In this document: positions 1 through 13,089 of the stretch, one piece after another
How the letters are laid out: each line of letters starts with the position of its first letter
How positions within the stretch are numbered: the stretch's first letter is position 1
Made by a program: the position numbers and the translations under genes
NCBI GenBank assembly: GCA_964016885.1
Contig: OZ024742.1
Location: forward strand, 133,424,001-133,488,000
Direction: 5' to 3'
Length of the DNA: 64,000 nt
Source: Eledone cirrhosa
Taxonomy: Eukaryota
The notes under the pieces: generated by a model
What the model saw: only the letters and a program-made list of their open reading frames with translations
Told to the model about the DNA's origin: nothing
Database searches by the model: none

Positions 1-234
1 TCTGCCGTCAGGATCATACTTGTTCCTATTATCCACTCTACTACCCTAAGTATTGAGTACTTTGGTGCGTTATGGTCCATCTGGTTGCTTAACACAATTC
101 CGTCGTTATCTATCTCCTATCTCCGTAGTTGAGCACATTCCGACCCTACCACGCCTTATCCACACTTTTCCGCCCAGTTCAAGTTTTTTCAGCCGCACTA
201 TGCGAAAACACAAATCGACTTCTCCACCAAGAAC

Positions 235-1790
235 ATGCCAGTTCCACCGAGAACACTTTACCTTCGGATGCTCACGCACAAAATTGACCTCTTTGCGAAA
301 AGACTAAGATGGAGATCTTTTTTCTACGACAGATACCGTGACAATCAGGACTTCGATGCCAAAGAGAGATTCGGATTTAATACCTACAAATCTCCCCCTC
401 CGAACCCTATGCTCTCACCCTTCGAGAACGACCTTTTCCAACTGGTCAAGAGCAATAAATTCAAACCCAGACACAACAGATTCCTACAAAAGCTCCGTAG
501 AAAATTAACAGAGTATGAAAACACCAACGACATCATGGTGCACTCGGACAAAACTGGAAACCTCTACTTCGTCAACCCCGACAGATACCACACTCTGACC
601 AGGAGCAGCATAAACTGCACCTATAAAAAGGCTAACCATTCAAGTATCGAGGACATAAATCGAGATGGACAACAAATTACCACAAGACTCGGGGTCGCCG
701 ACCGCACTGAACCCCTAGACACATGGACACCCTACTTCACACTGAACGACCACGAATCCGACTTCGACCGCAAACCATCCATCAGGTTTACAAACCCAAC
801 GAAGTCCGACCTAGGGAGAATCAGTAACTCTCTATGTAAAACTGGATGAATGTTGTGTCTCGTTTGTCCTCCATATTGCCGAACCATGAGATTACTTCCT
901 GGGTGTTTATCCATAGGCTAAGTCTCGCGTTTTGCTTCACTTTTGTCATAACGCGGTCTAGGATTTTTTTTACTGATTCTTCCTAGGCAGATATTCGACG
1001 AGCATGTGCCTTATTACAACCAGGCCCTCAAGCGGAGTGGCTTCCGGGAGGAAATATCCTATTATCCAGCTTCCATTAGCGGAACCAGGCGACACCGCCG
1101 CTCACGCAACGTAACGTGGTTCAATCCTCCCCACAATGCCGAGGTGACCATACCTATCGGGAAAATCTTCTGTAGGCTGCTCGAAAAACACTTTCCACTA
1201 AAACACCGCTACCAGAACATAATCAACAAAAACACCATCAAACTCTCCTACAGCACCACACCTAACTTCGCACAAAACATCGTCTCCTCTAACAACAAAA
1301 TACTCTACCCCTATGGAAGAAATAACCTAGACACCAGTGGAGAGCCGACCAGGAGGTGTAACTGTCCTGATAGATCCATGTGCCCCTTCAACAACAGATG
1401 CCGAGATCGTAATGTGATCTACCAGTGCAACGTGAAGACGGACACCTTCAACAAATCTCATATAAGATTAACCGCTTGAGACTTCAAGACCCGGCTCTAC
1501 CAACACCGACATACTTTCCGAAACCCGGCCCGGTGACATGCCACTACACTTTCGGGCCACATCTGGGACCTCAAAGATAATAATATAACCTACAATCTCA
1601 CTTAGAGCTTACTGTCCAGAGCTAACTCTTACATGGAAGGATGCCGTCCGTGTAACTTATGCTCGGAGGAAACATTACAAATGATGTTTTCGAAGGACCA
1701 ACTCCTAAACAAGGAAGACGAACTGGTAACCGCATGCAAACACAGATTGCGTAGGACTTACCTCGCTCTCAAACCCCATAATGACCCAGG
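235..1790 (+). pseudogene. PLE RT/GIY-YIG ORF, disrupted by an inversion, loss of the RT core and in-frame stops
   Basis: ORFs 235-849, 1006-1479 and 1633-1842 join through stops; part of the RT lies inverted at about 828-987. Confidence 0.88.
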
Positions 1791-2125
1791 GGGAGGGGGG
1801 AGACAAGGGCTGATACCCCCCCCCACCTTGACGATTTTGTAAGGTGCTTACAAAGGTAGACGTAACTTTTTTATCTTTTCCTCTATGATTCCTTCTTCCC
1901 CCATCTCTTCCTAGTTATTCCACCCCAGATCTCCTTCCTCGTCTTTTTTTCACCTTTCGCCTACCCCGATGCAGCCCATCGACCCTCTGTAGCCTTAGTA
2001 TCCCCCCCCCTAATTTTAAGATAGAATTTGCCGATTACGCTTTTTATAGCAGATGTGATAGACCCAGTAATTTTTTTTTCTTTCTGGTTGCTGCTCCATT
2101 TATGTGGTTTCTAAATTTCTTAGTG

Positions 2126-2212
2126 ATATTTTTGTATTAATATTTTTGTATTAGTATTTTTGTATTAATATTTTGTATTAGTATTTTTGTAGTAGTATTT
2201 TAGTATTTTTGT
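2126..2212. repeat. About 14-bp tandem repeat (tatttttgtattag/taa) in the PLE 3' region
   Basis: About six imperfect units visible. Confidence 0.8.
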
Positions 2213-2744
2213 TCTCAACTTATCAACCTGTCATTGTAAGATAGCATTGGCTGATTACTAAATATCTATACCAGTGGTGTTAGACCCCCTGTTAAGCCGG
2301 CTTTCACTACTTTCACTACTATCTCGTATTTAGTATTGTTCCCATTCTCCACCTATTAAACTTCTCTATAGCTTAGCAATACCAATAAGAAATTTGGTGA
2401 TTGTGGAAATGGGTTAGTAACCATAAATGTTTTTTTATATATTCATTTCGTTATTTTTATAATGTTTTTTTTACTCCCTTTCTATTTACCTATTCTTTCA
2501 ACAACTCCCCCCCCCCTCCTCTTCTCCAGTACACTTTTTTCGACCTTTTATACACTATCCTTAGAAACTGCTGTATATATTTCACTTTCAACGCTTGACT
2601 GGGTTTCCCCCACTACCTCTTTGTTCTACCGGCAAGTTCAGCCACCCCTACTTCCCACCAAATGCCATGATACATGCATGTGTCTTTATAACAAACATTT
2701 GACCAATCCTCTCGACAATTACTATCTTCCAAAATGAGGAAATA

Positions 2745-2840
2745 CCCCCTGAGAAGTTCGGCTATTTATTTACCAGGCTAAAAATTCTTATATAGTCCAG
2801 AAATAGCCGTCGAAACGGCTTGAGCTCTGCAGCCGGAGTC
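2745..2840 (+). ncRNA. Degenerate type I hammerhead ribozyme in the PLE pLTR
   Basis: ctgagaa (variant core), stem II cggctattt/aaatagccg, gaaa, stem III cggct/agccg. The homologous copy at bases 4-12 reads gccGTCagg, the canonical cleavage triplet. Confidence 0.6.
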
Positions 2841-2849
2841 ATACTTGTT

Positions 2850-2851
<2 letters not shown>

Positions 2852-2890
<39 letters not shown>

Positions 2891-2895
2891 TTGTT

Positions 2896-2926
<31 letters not shown>
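2852..2926. repeat. (TA)n microsatellite interrupted by a duplicated PLE 3' end
   Basis: atacttgttcct occurs at 2841-2852 and again at 2887-2898. Confidence 0.9.
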
Positions 2927-2929
<3 letters not shown>

Positions 2930-3120
2930 GAAATAAAATCGAAAATGTAACTGGAGTCTTTTTAGGAATATTCATTTATTTCCTTTCCTGGTTTAGCAGT
3001 TCTTATGCTTTTCAAAAGTAGATTTGAGATGGAGGGTTTACGGTTTTTCTCGCATTTGTTGGTGTTCCAAAGCTGTTTTTGTTTTATGTGGGAAGAGTCG
3101 CTTGATTTGCTGGGTTATAA
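2927..3120 (-). mobile_element. Non-coding pLTR-like repeat homologous to 62270-62480, with a decayed hammerhead
   Basis: Shared blocks aaatcgaaaatg.aactg.agtctt, gcagttctt.tgcttttcaaaag and ttgagatggagggt. Confidence 0.7.
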
Positions 3121-3276
3121 AAAAAGATAATTTAATTTCATTGATTGATGACTGTCATATACATATACATATAGATAGATGGTATGGTGAACTAACTGTT
3201 GTGTTACTACTTCTACCAAACCCGTCCCATGAACTGAGTGCTCTACCACTACGGATATTACTCTCCAGTGTTCTAC

Positions 3277-3498
<222 letters not shown>

Positions 3499-3534
3499 TT
3501 TACGAAATGGAAATGCGGGTATATAGAATTTATT

Positions 3535-3651
3535 AGGTAACAATTGTTTCTATAGTGTATGAGTTACCTATACCTCGCTACTTGAATAATACACAAATAT
3601 TATCAAAAACCGAAAGTACACTGTAAGCCAACACACCATGTCATCAGACCT
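3535..3651 (-). ncRNA. Type I hammerhead ribozyme, PLE-type, palindromic stem III
   Basis: Minus strand: aggt CTGATGA catggtgtg..long loop..catacactata GAAAC aatt GTT acct. Stem I aggt/acct; palindrome aacaattgtt. Confidence 0.78.
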
Positions 3652-4060
3652 TTGTATTAGAATGATATGAAAATATTTTATACACTGGATAAAAGATAAA
3701 GAAGAGGTAGGAAGAGAAGGGGAAGAGGGAAGTGAGTAAGGTGGAGGGAGTCTTAGGGTTTAAGACTGTCAGACTAGTAGAGATTGTGAAGAGAGAATGT
3801 TTTGGCAGCAGTTAGCTTAATGAGGCGTGCTAAGGTTGGCTGGGAAGTAGATTCTTCTAGTGGTGTTGTTCGGACAAAATTTAGTTAGAGGGGTCAAAGT
3901 AGTACAGTGTCACAGACAAGGTAGTAGGGCTATTATAGTAGCAGGTTATTTCTAAAGGGCTCCAGAAAAACAGTGTTTAGTACTATTATTATAGAAAGCG
4001 ATATCTAGTGTATAAACATATAAGACAGAAATTTGCAAACGTTGGTGTAAAAAGGTAACA

Positions 4061-5357
4061 TTACATGCATTTAAAAAAAGAAAAAGTCGTTTTCAAACGA
4101 TGGTTACAATATAGAGAACGTTCAATTTTGCTGTTCAAAAGTTTGTTTACCGACGTTAAAATGCATAACTTGCAGAATCGATGATTTTGCTGATATGCAG
4201 GCGCATCTGCAATAATTTGCCAATCAAGGGAGAACGCTTGATTGTTCCTCCGAAGCTGCCAGGCTTTATCAGCGAGGGTTGTTACGGAGCGCATTTTCTC
4301 GTGCCTGATCGAAGATCGATGTTGGTATAGGCGAGCCTTGAAAGAAGTTGCAGTACATCCGACGTAATACCATTTGTTGGTCCCGGAATTTATTGTACAC
4401 CGGTAGACAATATTGCGTGCTAGGCACTGGTTATTCAGTGGGCACGTACCTGGTTTGGTGCAGTTACAACTATTTTTATGTTTTGCAGTAGAATCCTGGA
4501 TAGTTTGGTGGGGTTGTGGTTGCGTGTTAGTGCGTTGTATGTTGCTATGCTGGTGCGCTGAGCCATTAGGGATGTACTTATTCAGTATTGCAGAGTTGAG
4601 TTTTCTAATTAGTTGTTCTATGTTAGGTGCAGTGGAGTATGAGAGTCTAATGGTGCGCGAGTTAAACATTTTATAGTATTTATGTGAAGTTGTAAAGTTT
4701 TTATTGATTAGTGTATAGAATTGTGAGATAATCTTAGTGCTAATAGAAGAATTGTACACGGGGTTATACCATATGTACTCTCTACGTCTGACTCTATTTG
4801 CTGGTTTGCACCTGTTAGTATGCCTATTGATGTGTGTGTGTGGTGCAATACTAGTTCGACTTAGATGTGTTTTATTCATAGTACTTATGTGGTTATCGTC
4901 TAGATATTCAATTTTCTCGCAGTAACCAGCTTTTCTAAGTGCGTCATTATAATATTCAGCAAGCTCGTTGAAGGTCTGCAAATTAGACGACAGTCAGGAG
5001 ATCCTTATGGATATATTTTTAGGGATAGATTTAATAATGGAATGAGGATGGTTCGATTTTACATTAACGTACTTAAGATTTTCATTAAGTTTGTGAAATG
5101 GCTCTATATTACCGTTATTAAGGTTGAAGGTGACATCCAAGAAGTTGACCACCTTTAGATTGTGTTCAAAGGTAATATTAAGCCCTAGTTCTAAGAAAAG
5201 TTTCCTAATGTTTTTACGTCGCCTTTCTAGGTTTTGTTTGTTCATATTCTTGACTAATAGAAGTGTATCGTCGCGGTATATTCCGCCGTGGAGGTCCGTA
5301 AATTCGCTCTGGAGTCTATGGGCTATATAGATCCCAACCAAATCCGTGACCTCCGCC

Positions 5358-5358
<1 letters not shown>
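4061..5358 (-). pseudogene. PLE RT-GIY-YIG ORF, about 430 aa, with one in-frame TGA at 4994-4996
   Basis: ORFs 4994-5341 and 4061-4981 are in the same frame (RIS*LSSNLQTF). Confidence 0.9.
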
Positions 5359-5403
<45 letters not shown>

Positions 5404-5586
5404 ATATGTATGTATATATATATAGAGAGAGAGAGAGTGTGTGTGTGTGATAAAGAGAACACTGGCTTTCAAGTGACGCAAGTGTTGTTTCCGGTAATAT
5501 ATTTCATTCAAATCCAGAGCAAATCCCTATTGGGGTTGTATAAAGTGGAGATCAATTATAAATATTCATAAACCCGAACAACTAAA

Positions 5587-5765
5587 TAATTGTTTCTACT
5601 ATTGGCACAAGGCCAGCAATTACACAGTACATTACTGGTACTTTATTTTATCGACCCCGTAATGATGAAAGGCAAATTTAACCTCGGCGGGATTTGAACT
5701 CAGAATGGCATGGGCCGTAGCTCTATGCGTCAAAGCATTGCGTCCGACCCTCTACCGATACTGCC
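5587..5765 (-). mobile_element. tRNA-derived SINE with a Deu/Nin-like central domain
   Basis: B-box-like gagttcaaatccc; gcctttcatc..ggggtcgataaaataaagtaccag; 3' gctggccttgtgcc..tagaaacaatt. Seven copies in the window. Confidence 0.9.
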
Positions 5766-8700
5766 TGTCTGCAGGATAGTGGATCTTGATCAATCGTTCG
5801 AATGGCTACGGGTCAATCTGCGTTTGAGAAGAGATTGCATGATTTTAAGACGTTTCTACATGAAATTGCCAATGCTTCAGAATTTCATTATGTGCCAATG
5901 CAATTCTGAAGATATCGAAATACCAGAACAAATGATGTAATCCGAATTATTCGGGTAAAATAACAATCCATATATAGAGAGGGTAATCTTTCTTTAAAAA
6001 CTTCTCTTGATAGTTCCAGTTAGCTGGTCGGATGAGGGTAAGAAAATATTAAAGATTTCATGGTGCTCTGATTAATATAAATGCAGGACGGTCCTGAAAT
6101 TTGGATACGAGACTAAACGCTTAAACAGCGGGTGGGTAGAAAATGCAGCAAGAAGCGACTTGCATTGAGAATTTTTATGGGGCTCATTTTATCATGAGTA
6201 AAATACACTAGCGTACTAATTATTCTCCTTACTTATTTTTAGCGTTAGAGGAAATACACCAGAATTCTATATTTTTTTAACACGTTATTCTGCTCTGCTT
6301 GAGTTTTAAGTTGAAACATATGATTGCCTTAAAAGATTTTAAGAATTTTCAACTGTAATTATTATTTTTTTTAGAGGTTTACAAAATCATTAAGAATAAC
6401 AGTGTTGGGTGAGGATAAACTGTGAGAAATAATGAATTACACATTGATCTGTATCACTTTCTAATTTTCTTTCACAAAACTAAATAACAAAGGATATCAC
6501 CTGATGAATATATTTGTATTAGCCATTCAAACATTGTATTAACCTATAACAATGACAGACAACACGATGTTGTTTTTATTTGTACTACCGGAAAATTTTG
6601 TTTCAGCATTCTATTCTTTATGCTTCTTTTACTATTAACTTTTCTTGACCAAGAATTATGTGTCGTGACTAAATAGAGTAAAACGAACTTGTAAGTGCGT
6701 TGGTGTTTGTGGTAGTGTGTAACTAAACGTATTTGAATGCATCTGTGTTGATGTATGCATGTATCATTGGGTAATATATGTTTATCTGTGGGTGTGTGAC
6801 TGTGTGGCTTTGTGCCTGTGCGTGCATGTGATATAAATGATAAAAAACAACGTATTAGTATTTTCCTTTCTGTGGAAATATTTAAGGTGACTCATTCCTG
6901 GAAAAGGCACTACATTGCGATTTTCATTTAATTAAGGATTTCTATTGAAAATGGCACGCTGAAGGAGTGTAGCACTAAACATGCTCAGAAGAATAGGAAA
7001 AAATATACCGGGTAAAAGAAAGAAGAAGATTCAAATTAAACAGACAGAGAGTAACAGAATAATGCTTGAAATATGAAGATTACAGAGACATCAGACGATG
7101 TTGCATATATACATTAGCATGGCATCTTGCGTAGAGAGAGAGAGAGAGGGGGTAAGAGAGAAAAAGAGACAGGAGAGATGCAAGGTTGGTTTTAAAGGGA
7201 TATACCAAATTTGGAGATATGATTAGAAGAAAGAAAAAATCATAGATTGTTATAGAGACTACGAAGGCACTAGGAAAGTAGAAAGTTAAATGTCCCTAAA
7301 GGTATGAGATAGGGATGCAAAAACAAAATAAATAAACATTTTGAAAGGAACTGCAAATAACGAAGGGAAGGAGAGAACTAATGAGAGGAAACAAATGAAA
7401 GAAAAGTGAAATATAATAAACGCAATAATGCGACCAAAATTTATAACGAAATGCTACCAAAAGATTTGTGAATTTGAATTTTCGTCTGAATTTTTAATTT
7501 ATTTTAAACAGAATTTAAATTACAAAGTTCACAAGTGAAGACATCCTAAAATAGTTCTCCAGGCTGAGATTAATTTAAAGAAATAATTTAATTTAACCCT
7601 TTCGCGAGGAACTAAATGGATTACAGGCATCTGCATATATATTTTATATATGTTTTTATCTTTCATTGCATTTATTGTTTTTTTTACTTTTTATGCAATT
7701 CATTAATAATTCTATGACACCATAGTATGGCAAAGGTCAGAAACGGCATTTAATATTATGTATATTTGTTTGGTTTGTCTTTCATATACAGTAGGTGATT
7801 GCACAAGTGCTATTAAAAGTTAGAATACAAAATATTCTTGAATTCAAGTATCATATCTGAAATGCCATCGCAAATATTTGAAACTATAAAAAGTAAAAAT
7901 TAACTAGATTTCATTTCCCAACATCGTATTCGGCAATTTGGAAATTGTTTCACGGTTAAGAGAAATGTTTATTTGTTTTCATGAACTTACTGTTGTTGAA
8001 GTTTCGTTTATCATCATCATCTACATCTCTATCAGCATCAGCATCCCTATTTTCATCATCATCGTTGTTGTCAACGTCATCTTCTTCAACTTTATCACAA
8101 TTTTCAAATTCATTATACTAAATTTTCCCCACAATCAACACCCCATTTTGATACATCTGACTACCATTATTCTCCTGCTATGCAAAATTCTCTTCCTGCT
8201 AGCCTTTTGCATCATAGTCATCTAGTCAAAATCTTTATGTTATGATAAGCATTTAATGAAATTTAATATATCTTCAAATTTTATTTAACCATTATCATCC
8301 TCTTAGCGTATGCCACAGTCAAACCACATTGCAATTTTAAGTAAAATCCTTTTAGTATACAGCCACCTATCTGTTTTTTAAAAAATGCACCCTTATCTAT
8401 TATAGTACATATTTCTGATTCAACGGTCCAGCCATTACGGGATAATGTAAATGACACTGAATATTAGCCAGACTTCCACAAATTACAAAATACGTTTGAA
8501 AAGAGGAAGCACATCTTCACCAATAAAAGTTTAAACTGCTACAAACTGATGGGACACTCATGGTGGAAACATTCTTCGCAATCAGTTTTATCATGGAGCT
8601 TAAAAAGAAAATTAGCAGTGACGAATCTTAAACTAACTGCTTCCGTTCACGTGAAACTTACTCAGCCTGATATTAATTAAGAAATCTAATGCAGGTTGTC

Positions 8701-9025
8701 TCATATGTACAATTTCGTTTGTCAATACATTTTGGAGAAAATCATTTCACATCTCCTATTGAAAGTACTTATATATTTCAACAGGGAAAGGTCGTGTAGA
8801 TTCATAAAAATATGTTCTATTGTTCAACCGTAGCCCTTGTGTAATATAAACAATACTCGCAATTAATGTAAATTGGATGACTGACCATCAATATATAATA
8901 GAATAGATGTAACAAATGATGAAGCGTAAAATAGAAAAAGCATTACAACACTGAGCATGAGCTTCTAATACACGCATTTTACACGCCCGCCTACGTAACA
9001 TATATTTCGCCATTTAATATCATTA

Positions 9026-9185
9026 GGATTGGCAGTATCGGTAGAGAGTCGGATGCCATGCTTTGACGCATAGAGTTACAGCCCTTGCCATTCTGAGTTC
9101 AAATCCCACCGAGGTTAACTTTTCCTTTCATCCTTACGGGATCGATAAAATAAAGTACCAGTAATGCAAAAAGTAGAAACAATTA
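9026..9185 (+). mobile_element. Same SINE family, internal deletion near the 3' end
   Basis: ggattggcagtatcggtagag..gagttcaaatccc..tagaaacaatt. Confidence 0.9.
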
Positions 9186-11385
9186 ACATATTTCTAATAG
9201 TATAATAGAGTAAATCTACTCTATTCCTGATATCAAATCTTGCCTTAAACTAAATGATTTATTTGAATTATATTGAAAATAATTTTCTAATTCTGTTCTT
9301 TATGTAACTTTGAAAACCAATAAACGATTAAACGTCAAATCTGTGTAAAATTGACTGCTTTGTTTCATTAGGAAATTTCCGATGTCTTATGAACACCTGG
9401 GAAGTGTAGCATGAAAACGAACATTTGATATTGTTATGTATTAAATAATTCTGAAAAATGAGAAACTTTTCTGTCGAAAAATGTTATGTAAGTAAAAATA
9501 AATCGTCTTATTTATATTTATATTCAACTTTTATTATATATATAAAAAAAAAACGTGACCACAATACATTAGTATTGAAAATAATTTATTTCCTACTAAC
9601 CGAATATCGTTAATTGCTCGCACGCGTTAATTACATAATAATTGCAATCACCGAGATTATTCAATAAGACTAAGTTGAGTATATTACCTTCTACATATTC
9701 CTGAACCTAGCAATAGTAAATTATTTGCATACATTTGTTGTCACTGTAGTAATGCCTCTGATGCATAGATGCTAATTTTATTTATATGCTGCAATATAAA
9801 ATAGCAGTTTGTTCCATAGGCGACATTAGTGTCAAGCGTATTGACGACGGGAGCGTAATTTACATTGAAGCATCCCTACGGTCAATGATAAACTAAAGTC
9901 TCAGATATAAATATGAGACGACACACTACTTAGAAACCCCTTAGATGTCATACATTTCATTTTCCTTATCTATAATCTACATGCCAACATCAATATACGC
10001 TAGAAATGGGAATTATGTAGTTATTTATATCACGTAATACCTTTAGAAATCGGTTGATCAAAATTCCATATATTTGAAACATGTATAACATGCTAACTAC
10101 CGTGATTTGCAAGGAAAGCATATTACATCAACACTACTGTAATATGGCACCAGGTTGTCTATCTATATACGTATCACAAAAAGAAATTAGAATGTACGAT
10201 TATAGTATTATAAACACTAGCAGCGGTTATAAAGAACCATATTTAGCATGCACATATCCAACAATATTTGAAATGTGTCACTTATAAACTAATCATGTAT
10301 GATCTTGGCTAACATCTTTGACATTTTCTATTCATATCCGGATATTGCTTATAACTAAATTTTCTATCTCTAAATAATGAATGGCAACGCCTACCTGAAT
10401 CAGATTTGAACTCTAAACTTACTCATTCAATAGTACGGGGTGGAATACTTTTTTCCAGTGACATTAATAATTATGACACATGCAGTATTTAAAAAAGTTG
10501 CATGCCTCGTCCATAAGAAATGTATTTTTATGTATCTTAAATATCATTAAATACATCGAACAATTTATTGCCTTAAATGAATATTTACTAATGTTGCCTG
10601 CAGTAATATTAAGTTCATAAAATGAATGTATATTTTGTATTTATACTGTTATAGGTTACAGTAATCAAGTAAACGTAATTTTCAGATCAAATTTTTAAAA
10701 ATTGGAATAATTTTTAAATCATTAAGTTTTCAATTACGATAACTTTGCTGTTGTCTTCTGTTAGCTTGTAGTATATCTATACTGTAACATACAACATTTT
10801 TCTCTTTCTAAATGATTTAACTGTGTGATATTAAAAGCCCTATCTTTTGCGTTGGAGTCCTATGAGGTACGAAAATGTGAGGACAACTATATCGCATGTG
10901 ACAGTTGTCTTGTCATATACATGATTTTCTATTTGATATTCGCGTTTCACTTGAGTTTATCTGCATTCAGTTATATCTGAAAACCTGAAAAGTTCATTTA
11001 TATTACATGTTATAGTTCTGTCGTGCCCATGAATATTTCCAAATCACATATGAGATTTCAGTGTATTTCGTTTACAAACGTAACGATTTCTTGCAATGAG
11101 TGGACATTTGTGAGCCGTAAGAATACGAGGTGTTTTGGAGTTGGCATTTCGTGCAGAATGTTTCAATTAACGGACGCTTGCTGTTTTCTCAGCTGACTTA
11201 ATATTGATGCATATGTCACGAATTTCCACTGCTGGGTGGCTTTTATCATAACGCTTAGTGGAGGAGTAGAAAATCATATGCCGGTCATACAATAATAGTG
11301 ACAAAATATCAAAGCAACAGCAACAGGAAATTAAAGTAATAATATCCACACTGGTGATAATAATGATAATAATAGTAATAATAAT

Positions 11386-13089
11386 CAAACAGTTATTGAG
11401 CAAAAGTATGAAGTCCTGGGAAACAGAGTTAACATCGGGTGGAGAATCCCTTCGAGGCGTGAATATCAATAGAGGTATCTTCCAGGGAGATAGTTTGTCT
11501 TCTCTGCTGTGTGTCCTTGCATTGATACCCCTGACCGTTATACAGCGAAACGTGAGAGCAGGATATAAGTTAGTAAAAGGAGAGCTTACCATCAACCACC
11601 TACTCTTCATGGATGATCTTAAACTCTTTGGAAAGAGTGAGAAGGAGTTGGATGTACTTGTTGACACTGTCAGCAATGATATATGTATGGAATTTGGTGT
11701 TAATAAGTTTGGAGTCCTAGTGTTGAAGAGGAGTACATTGAGCAGAAGCAACGGATTTCAGGTACCAACAGGTCAGATGATAAAGGAAATTGACACTGAA
11801 GAGGGATACAAATATTTAGGTGTTCTGGAGGCAGATAACATCAAGAACTAAAAAATTAAGAAATTGATAAGATCTGAGTACATAAGAAGAGTAAGGAGCG
11901 TATTAAAATCACATCTAAATAGTAGGAATGTCATAAGTTCAGTGAATTCCCGAGCTATGCCTATTATTATGTACAGTGCGGGAATTCTGAACTGGAATGT
12001 TGCTGAACAAAAAGAAATGGATAGGAAGACTATGAAGCTATTGACTATCTACAACATGTACCACCAGAGGAGTGATGTCGATAGCTTCTACTTAAAGAGA
12101 TCTGAAGGCGGAAGAGGTCTTATCAGCATTGAGGACTGTGTTCAGATGGAGAAAAAAACAACCTGCAAAAATACGTGACTGACAGTAGGGAACCAATGCT
12201 CAAAAGTGTACTGAAGGAGAAGGCAATAGACCAGGGGATGTCCAAGGAGGAAGAGCAACCTTCATGAAAAAATCCCTTCACAACACCTTCTTTAAGAAGA
12301 CTGAATTCAGAGATCCACAGACATGGAACTGGTTAAAAAGAGGAGACTTTAAAAAGCTACAGAAGGAATGCTAATGGCTGCGCAGGAGTAAACCATCAGA
12401 ACGAAGTGAGTGAAACACCATATTGACAAGGAGGAGGCTATCTCACTGGTTAGGATATGTGAAGAGAGAGAGGAGACTGTGGCTCACATTGTATCTGAAT
12501 GTAAACACCTAGCCCAGAGTCACTATAAACGCTGGAGACATGATGTAATAGGCAGGGTGATCCACTGGCATCTATGCAAAGTAAACAATTTACCACATTC
12601 AGAGAAGTGGTATGATTATAAGCCAGAATCGGTGATAGAAAACGATCAGGTGAAGGTGCTATGGGATTTTAGGATACAGAGGGGCAAGAAATTAGAACAC
12701 AATAGGCCCCACCTGGTGGTTTTGGACAAGGAAAAACAGGTCGTGCCTGATTATAGAAGTAGCCTCTCCATTTGACACGAGAGTGAAAGAAAAGGAGAGG
12801 GAGAAAATGTTACCGATACCAGGATTTAAAATGGGAGTTAAAAAGGACTTGGAATTGCCATGAATTCAAGGTCGTCCCGATTGTCATAGGCGCACTAGGT
12901 ACTATCACAAAGAGTTTACAGGGATGGTTAAAGAAGATTAGTCCAAACCCGCTTTTTGGAACACTTCAAAAGAACCCTCCGATACGTCCTGAATATCTGA
13001 GGCTGCAGGTAGCGGCTTGATATTCATTTCAACAAACTCTCCAGTTAAATAACATCAATGAGTGAGACTCAAAGAACAATAATAATAAA
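11386..13089 (+). mobile_element. R4/Dong-clade RLE non-LTR retrotransposon, family B, 5'-truncated and degenerate
   Basis: [50 protein letters not shown]-type repeats at both ends (11357-11385, 13076-13089). Close match to 26130-28095. Confidence 0.92.

Larger units (their letters stand above)
1..2854 (+). mobile_element. Penelope-like retroelement (Naiad-type), degenerate, with 3' pLTR; window begins in the end of an upstream pLTR copy
   Basis: PLE RT N-terminus (ERFGF, DKTGNLY, RFTNPTKSDLGRIS); RT C-terminus (YNQALKRSG, WFNPP, IKLSYS); CNC..CP..C, GIY-YIG-like (VIYQC..HIRLT..FKTRLYQH), CNLC..E, LLNK..CKH. Bases 1-29 resemble 2826-2854. Ends at (TA)n. Confidence 0.9.

Noticed and set aside
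1477-1536. Two in-frame TGA codons in the first PLE endonuclease
   Set aside because: Non-Cys positions in a copy that also has a TAG and rearrangements; consistent with decay.
4994-4996. Single in-frame TGA in a Naiad-type ORF, suggesting selenocysteine as reported for some Naiads
   Set aside because: It is not at a conserved Cys position (RIS*LSS), the zinc-finger cysteines use normal codons, and I saw no SECIS. CGA-to-TGA decay is simpler.
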